From: an uncultured Desulfobacterales bacterium
Lineage (GTDB): Bacteria; Desulfobacterota; Dissulfuribacteria; Dissulfuribacterales; QOAL01
Length of the DNA stretch: 64,000 nucleotides
Assembly: GCA_964573615.1 (NCBI GenBank)
Contig: CAZNKD010000035.1
Location: 6,394-70,393 of the forward strand
Direction: 5' to 3'
Position 1 is the stretch's first letter. Each line of letters starts with the position of its first letter. The position numbers and the translations under genes are program-made. A model generated the notes under the pieces. The model had not been told where the DNA came from, searched no databases, and worked only from the letters and a program-made list of their open reading frames with translations. Positions 58,996 to 64,000 of the stretch are shown piece after piece.

Positions 58996-60117
58996 ATGGC
59001 AGGTGCTGAGAGGAAAAAGGGCCGGGACGTGAACCGGGAGATCACCCAGGAGCTCAGAAAGAGGGCGGCGGCTCTCCTGGCCTCTGGCGATATAGCGGCC
59101 TTTGTGGGCTTCAGGATCGGCAGCCATCCCATGATCATGCGTCCCTTTGTGGCAAGGAGCCCGGAGGAGGCGGAGAGGCTCGTCTGGAACAGCTTCTGTG
59201 TCATAAATCTGGCCAACTATCTGCCTGGACTCCTCAGGTCCCTGGAGCCGCCGAGGCGGCCGGGAGATCCGCCGCCGGAAGGCCCTCTGCCAAAGGTTGG
59301 GGTCGTGGCAACAGGGTGCTGGTCCAGGAACATGGTTGTCCAGATCCAGGAGAACCAGATTCAGAGGCAGCGGGTGGTGATAATCGGGATCCCCAGCCGC
59401 GGCATGATCGACCGCAGGAAGGTGGAGCTTGCGGCAGAAGGGGCCGAGATAACCGGGGTTCAGGAAGGTCAGCACAAGCTCAAGGTCTCCACCAGCCGGG
59501 GAGAGATCGAGCTGAATCGCTGGGATCTCGTCAGGGACAACTGCCTTACGTGTCAGCGGCCGGATCCAGTGATCTATGACGAGATGATCGGTCAACCCCA
59601 GTGGGAGAGAAAGGTTTCAGAGCCCTTCAGACAGGTGGAGGAGATAGAGGCCCTTGATCCGGATGAGCGATGGGCGTGGTTCACACAGGAGATCTCATCC
59701 TGCATCCGCTGCTATGCCTGCAGGAATGCCTGCCCCCTCTGCTACTGCCCTACCTGTTTCGTGGACGACTCCCGCCCGCAATGGGTGGGAAAGAGCAGAG
59801 AGCCTGTGGATACCGCCCTCTTTCATATCCTGAGGGCCTATCACTGTGCCGGCCGTTGCACGGACTGCGGTACCTGTGAAAGTGTCTGCCCCATGGGGAT
59901 CAAGATGAGGCTCCTTACGAGGAAACTCCAGAAAGACGTGAAGGAGCTCTATGGATTCGAGCCTGGCCTGAGCCTGGAAGAGCCCCTTCCCTTGTCTACA
60001 TACAGGCCGGATGATCCGGAGCCCTATTTCGACATAAGGCCCGTTGACGAATCCCCGAAGCCGGTCTCTGGCGGCGGAGGGGCCGGAGAAGGAGATATGG
60101 GGAGGCAAAAAGGATGA
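58996..60117 (+). CDS. Fe-S subunit, AsrA/HydB/FlxC-like
   Basis: ATG 58996 gives 373 aa. Motifs CIRCYACRNACPLCYCPTCF and CTDCGTCESVCPMGI. Confidence 0.7.
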   Translation: MAGAERKKGRDVNREITQELRKRAAALLASGDIAAFVGFRIGSHPMIMRPFVARSPEEAERLVWNSFCVINLANYLPGLLRSLEPPRRPGDPPPEGPLPKVGVVATGCWSRNMVVQIQENQIQRQRVVIIGIPSRGMIDRRKVELAAEGAEITGVQEGQHKLKVSTSRGEIELNRWDLVRDNCLTCQRPDPVIYDEMIGQPQWERKVSEPFRQVEEIEALDPDERWAWFTQEISSCIRCYACRNACPLCYCPTCFVDDSRPQWVGKSREPVDTALFHILRAYHCAGRCTDCGTCESVCPMGIKMRLLTRKLQKDVKELYGFEPGLSLEEPLPLSTYRPDDPEPYFDIRPVDESPKPVSGGGGAGEGDMGRQKG

Positions 60118-61163
60118 ACAGCCAGTCCTCCCGGTACACCAAGGTGGATGAAGGGGCCTTGCGCACTTGGCTGTCGCGTCTTGGAGGGCAGACCAGGGTC
60201 TTTGCTCCAAAGAGCGGGCCCAAAGGGATCGTTGACTGGGCGGAACTGGATGATGGGGGGCTTCCCGATCTGGACCTTGGCCTTCCCTTGAACTCCATCA
60301 AGGTCTTCTATTTTCCCCAGCCGGAGATACTCTTTACCTTCAACGCAAGGCCGGGCCAGCCCGACTCTTTCAGGCTCAGAGAGCCGGAAGAAGCGGGTGG
60401 GGAGATTGTGCTGGCAGGGGTGAGGCCGTGCGATGCAAGGAGCATCACCCTAAACAGCCTGCCATATGCCGAGGACCCCTACTTTCAGGCCCGGACAGAC
60501 AGGCTTTATGTCATAGGTTTTCCCTGTATGGAGGGCTGTTCCACCTGTTTCTGCTCATGGGTCGGAGGGGGGCCGGGCAGTACGGATGGGATGGATGTGG
60601 CGGTCTGGCAGATGCCGGGAGGCCACTTCGTTATAGAGGCCGTTACCGAAAAGGGCGGCAAGCTGATGGAAGGGCTCCATGGGGCTGGCCCTGTGGCCGA
60701 GCCCTCGGAAGAGGAGCTTCTGCACATAGAACAGTGGCGCAAGAAGGGCCTAGGCCAGGCGGGGGAAGATCCATCCCTTTCCATGCGGCACAAGGATCTC
60801 ATGGCCTGTTACCAGGCGCCCTTCTGGCAGCAGGTGGCCGATTGCTGCATCAACTGTGGCACCTGTACATTCCTGTGCCCCACCTGCTACTGTTTCGACA
60901 TACAGGATGAAAAGGCCCGTGGCATCGGCCGCAGGATACGTTACTGGGACTCCTGCATGTTCCCGCTGTTCACTCAGCACGCCTCTGGCCACAATCCCAG
61001 GGGAGAGAAGATAAAGAGGGTGAGAAACCGCTTCATGCACAAATTCAAATACTTTGTCGACCGGTTCGGGCCATTGTCCTGTGTAGGCTGTGGCCGCTGC
61101 ATCAGGCAGTGCCCGGTGAACATAGATGTCAGAGAGGTCCTGCGCGACCTGCTTGCCCTGTGA
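60114..61163 (+). CDS. Fe-S subunit, AsrA/HydB/FlxB-like
   Basis: 349 aa with an ATGA overlap. Motifs CINCGTCTFLCPTCYCFD and CVGCGRCIRQCPVNID. Confidence 0.7.
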   Translation: MNSQSSRYTKVDEGALRTWLSRLGGQTRVFAPKSGPKGIVDWAELDDGGLPDLDLGLPLNSIKVFYFPQPEILFTFNARPGQPDSFRLREPEEAGGEIVLAGVRPCDARSITLNSLPYAEDPYFQARTDRLYVIGFPCMEGCSTCFCSWVGGGPGSTDGMDVAVWQMPGGHFVIEAVTEKGGKLMEGLHGAGPVAEPSEEELLHIEQWRKKGLGQAGEDPSLSMRHKDLMACYQAPFWQQVADCCINCGTCTFLCPTCYCFDIQDEKARGIGRRIRYWDSCMFPLFTQHASGHNPRGEKIKRVRNRFMHKFKYFVDRFGPLSCVGCGRCIRQCPVNIDVREVLRDLLAL

Positions 61164-61164
61164 G

Positions 61165-62013
61165 ATGACGGACAGATCCATGAACCCATACAGACCCTAT
61201 CCTGCCCGCATAGAAGAGGTCATCGTCGAGACCGAAGACGGTAACCTGAAGAGCTTCAGGATCGTGCTGGAAGACGAGGCGGATATGGCCGCATGGAGTC
61301 ATGTGCCGGGCCAGTTCGCCATGTTGAGTCTGGCGGGAAAGGGAGAGATACCCATAGGCATTGCCTCCTCCCCAACGGAACGGGACCATCTGCTCTTTAC
61401 GGTGAACAGGGCCGGTGTGGTGACCACGGCCCTGCACCAGATGGAGGCGGGTGATCCCATAGGGGTCCGGGGCCCTCTTGGCAATGGTTTTCCCGTGGCG
61501 AGTGAGCTCAAGGGAAAGAACATAGTCATAATCGCAGGCGGATTTGCCTTCACCACCCTCAGGGCCACATTGATCTATATGCTGGAGCACCGTTCGGACT
61601 ACGGGGAGATAACGGTGATATACGGGGCCAGGACCCCCGGCATGCTCCTCTACAAGGACGAGCTTGCCAAGTGGCAAGAGCGGGATGACCTGAATCTCCA
61701 TATCACCGTAGACAGGGAGGCCCCGGGCTGGAACGGGCTGGTAGGGTTCGTTCCAACCATAGCCGGCCAGGTGAAGCCGTCGCCTGAAAATGCTGCGGCC
61801 CTCATCTGTGGTCCTCCAATAATGATAAAGTTCACCATGCCTCCGCTGGAGGAGATCGGCTGGAGGGATGAGCAGGTCTATCTCTCCCTGGAGAACCGGA
61901 TGAAGTGCGGCATAGGTATCTGTGGGCACTGCAATGTGGGGCCGGTGTATGTCTGCAAGGATGGTCCGGTATTCACCAGGGCCCAGGTGCAGAGGCTGCC
62001 TGTTGAGTTTTGA
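61165..62013 (+). CDS. FAD/NAD(P)-binding oxidoreductase with C-terminal [2Fe-2S] (AsrB/PyrK/HydG/FlxA-like)
   Basis: Start is ATG 61165 (2 nt after the upstream stop) or ATG 61180. Motifs PGQFAMLS, IVIIAGGFAFTTL, and the C-terminal CGIGICGHCNVGPVYVCKDGPVF. Confidence 0.8.
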   Translation: MTDRSMNPYRPYPARIEEVIVETEDGNLKSFRIVLEDEADMAAWSHVPGQFAMLSLAGKGEIPIGIASSPTERDHLLFTVNRAGVVTTALHQMEAGDPIGVRGPLGNGFPVASELKGKNIVIIAGGFAFTTLRATLIYMLEHRSDYGEITVIYGARTPGMLLYKDELAKWQERDDLNLHITVDREAPGWNGLVGFVPTIAGQVKPSPENAAALICGPPIMIKFTMPPLEEIGWRDEQVYLSLENRMKCGIGICGHCNVGPVYVCKDGPVFTRAQVQRLPVEF

Positions 62014-62083
62014 TGCACCGCATCTGCCGCTGTCAGGCTCGATTCCTCTTGACGCACCGTGATTAAAGGGATAAAAGGCCAGC

Positions 62084-63199
62084 ATGACAAAAGTTTCGGA
62101 AAATAGTCCCATCCCTGGCTTGAAAATCGGCCATATCGAGTCCAAATACCCCATTATCCAGGGCGGTATGGGCGTGGGGATATCCATGTCCGGACTGGCA
62201 GGTGCTGTCGCCAAGGCAGGCGGCATCGGGATCATTGCCGCGGTGCTGGTGGGGATAAACGAGAAGGATTTCCACAAGGATCCCCAGGGAGCCACCTACA
62301 GGGCCCTGGCCAAGGAGATCAAGAAGGCCAAGGAGATAGCGGCAGGAGGGCCGGTGGGGGTAAATATCATGGTGGCCCTCCAGGACTACGACAAGATCGT
62401 AGAGGTGGCGGCCCAGGCAGGAGCCGATCTGATAATCAGCGGTGCCGGCCTTCCTCTCAAGCTTCCCGGCATGATGCCAGAGGGCTCTAAGACCGCACTC
62501 GTGCCCATAGTCTCTTCCGGTCGGGCTGCGGCCCTGCTCTGCAAGAGGTGGCGTGACCATTATGACAGGGTCCCTGACGCCCTGGTCGTCGAGGGCCCAA
62601 AGGCTGGAGGACATCTGGGCTTCAAGGCAGAAGACCTGGAAAAGCCGGAATTCCAGGTGGAGAACCTGGTGGTCGATGTCATTGAGGCGGTCAGGCCCTT
62701 TGAGGAGGAGATGGGTGTCAAGATCCCTGTGATCGCAGCCGGCGGCATCTATACAGGAGAGGATATCTTCCGATTCATGCAGCTCGGCTGTGCCGGTGTC
62801 CAGATGGGTACCCGTTTTGTGGCCACACACGAGTGTGATGCCTCCGATGAGTTCAAACAGGCCTATCTCAAGGCCACAAAGGACGATGTGACCATAATCA
62901 AGAGCCCAGTTGGGATGCCCGGCAGGGCCCTTAAAGGGACCTTCATAGAGAAGGTCTCCAAGGGGGAGAAGCATCCCAAGAAGTGTTTCTACAAGTGCAT
63001 ACGCACCTGCCGCTATCCCGACACCCCATACTGTATCAGCATGGCCCTGGTCAATGCCCAGAGAGGTAACCTGGACGCAGGTTTCGTGTTCTGTGGGGCT
63101 AATGTGTGGAGGGTAGACCGTATCGTGTCGGTCAAGGAGCTCATGGATGAACTCGTGACCGGCTATCAGGAGGCGGCCGCCAAGGCAGAACGGGGTTGA
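62084..63199 (+). CDS. NPD/nitronate monooxygenase family FMN oxidoreductase (FabK-like)
   Basis: 371 aa with IIQGGMGVGIS...GGIGIIA and VIAAGGIYTGEDI, indicating a TIM-barrel FMN enzyme. Confidence 0.75.
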   Translation: MTKVSENSPIPGLKIGHIESKYPIIQGGMGVGISMSGLAGAVAKAGGIGIIAAVLVGINEKDFHKDPQGATYRALAKEIKKAKEIAAGGPVGVNIMVALQDYDKIVEVAAQAGADLIISGAGLPLKLPGMMPEGSKTALVPIVSSGRAAALLCKRWRDHYDRVPDALVVEGPKAGGHLGFKAEDLEKPEFQVENLVVDVIEAVRPFEEEMGVKIPVIAAGGIYTGEDIFRFMQLGCAGVQMGTRFVATHECDASDEFKQAYLKATKDDVTIIKSPVGMPGRALKGTFIEKVSKGEKHPKKCFYKCIRTCRYPDTPYCISMALVNAQRGNLDAGFVFCGANVWRVDRIVSVKELMDELVTGYQEAAAKAERG

Positions 63200-63202
63200 G
63201 GC

Positions 63203-64000
63203 TCAAAGCACCTCTATCCAGCCGAACCTGTCCTCCTTCTCCCCGTACTGAATAGCAGTGAGTTCATCGAAGAGCCTCTGGGCCAAGGGGCCGGTCTTGC
63301 CGCCGTTTATCTCATAGCTCTCTCCCTTATAATACAGAGAGGCAACAGGCGAGATGACCGCGGCCGTACCTGAGCCGAAGCACTCCTTTAGTTCCCCGCT
63401 CTGGGCCTTTTCTATCACCTCGTCTATGGTTATGGGCCGCTCCTCCACCCTGATGCCCCATGATGCGGCAAGTTTCATGACTGAGTCCCGGGTGATGCCT
63501 GGCAGGATGCTTCCGGAAAGGGCGGGCGTGACAAGCGCATCCTCCATAAGGAAGAATATGTTCATGGTGCCCACCTCCTCTATGTAGCGCCTTTCAGCGC
63601 AGTCCAGCCAGAGCACCTGGGTGAAGCCAAGCTCCTTTGCCTCTTCAGAGGCCATGAGGCTTGCTGCATAGTTTCCTGCCGTCTTTGCCTCGCCAACCCC
63701 TCCCTTGGCAGCCCGGACGAATTTGTCCGTGACAAATATCTTCACAGGGTTGAAGCCTTCCGAATAGTAGGCGCCTACCGGGCTCAGGATCACAGACAGG
63801 ATGTATTCCTTGGCAGGGCGAACCCCAAGGAACGCCTCTGTTGCGATCATGAATGGGCGTATATATAGGGACGTGCCCTTTGCCTCAGGGACCCATCTCG
63901 ACTCGATTCTGACCAGCTCCTTGATGGCAGACAGCAGAAATTCCTCGTCTATCTGAGGCATGCACATGCGCCATGCAGAGCGGTTCATGCGCTTCATGTT
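63203..64000 (-). CDS. ilvE: branched-chain amino acid aminotransferase (partial; N-terminus beyond window edge)
   Basis: C-terminal ~265 aa with LYIRPF, KAAKGGVGEAKTAGNYAAS, GTMNIFF, GITRDS and ECFGSGTAAVISPV. The reading frame stays open to the window end. Confidence 0.88.
   Translation of the reverse strand, partial: NMKRMNRSAWRMCMPQIDEEFLLSAIKELVRIESRWVPEAKGTSLYIRPFMIATEAFLGVRPAKEYILSVILSPVGAYYSEGFNPVKIFVTDKFVRAAKGGVGEAKTAGNYAASLMASEEAKELGFTQVLWLDCAERRYIEEVGTMNIFFLMEDALVTPALSGSILPGITRDSVMKLAASWGIRVEERPITIDEVIEKAQSGELKECFGSGTAAVISPVASLYYKGESYEINGGKTGPLAQRLFDELTAIQYGEKEDRFGWIEVL

Noticed and set aside
61129-62974. Minus-strand ORFs of 388 aa and 303 aa
   Set aside because: They are antisense to the FlxA-like and NPD-family genes, both of which have clear cofactor-binding motifs.

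Overview
GC-rich chromosomal core region. The gene content (HdrA/MvhD/Flx-type redox module, an apparent selenocysteine codon, an octaheme cytochrome, NikR/CooT) suggests an anaerobic Desulfobacterota-like (deltaproteobacterial) genome; that lineage call is inference only. Most of the window is conserved housekeeping synteny. The blocks are rho-rpmE-prfA-prmC; tRNA-Pro/tRNA-Gly followed by rimP-nusA-ylxR-infB-DUF503-rbfA-nrnA-truB-rpsO-pnp-M16 peptidase-dut; nikR-gyrA-gpsA; thrC, eno; rpsB-tsf-pyrH-frr-uppS-cdsA-dxr-rseP-tsaB-sfsA; and a partial ilvE at the right edge. I see three tRNAs and no rRNA, CRISPR array, transposase or integrase. Five less ordinary regions sit between these blocks. 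(1) A tightly coupled minus-strand operon at 40264-43462 encodes a stand-alone RibD_C-type reductase, a PP-loop ATPase, a GT2 glycosyltransferase and a FolE2/MptA-type GTP cyclohydrolase. This is my best candidate for an undescribed GTP-derived metabolite pathway. (2) A seven-gene Hdr/Flx-like Fe-S/flavin module at 54161-62013 has a first gene interrupted by an in-frame UGA at a conserved CCG-domain Cys position, followed by a hairpin, so it is probably a selenoprotein. (3) A periplasmic octaheme HAO-family cytochrome c lies next to a Cys-rich ferredoxin-domain protein, with a Fur-box-like palindrome upstream. (4) A signalling patch contains a 7TMR-DISM hybrid kinase, a sensor-less kinase-like/receiver protein and a translationally coupled MBL hydrolase. 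(5) A Cys-rich PAS-STAS protein, an orphan NikR, an orphan CooT-like protein and a stand-alone IMP cyclohydrolase domain are also present. All functional calls rest on motifs read by eye from the supplied translations; no database search was run.
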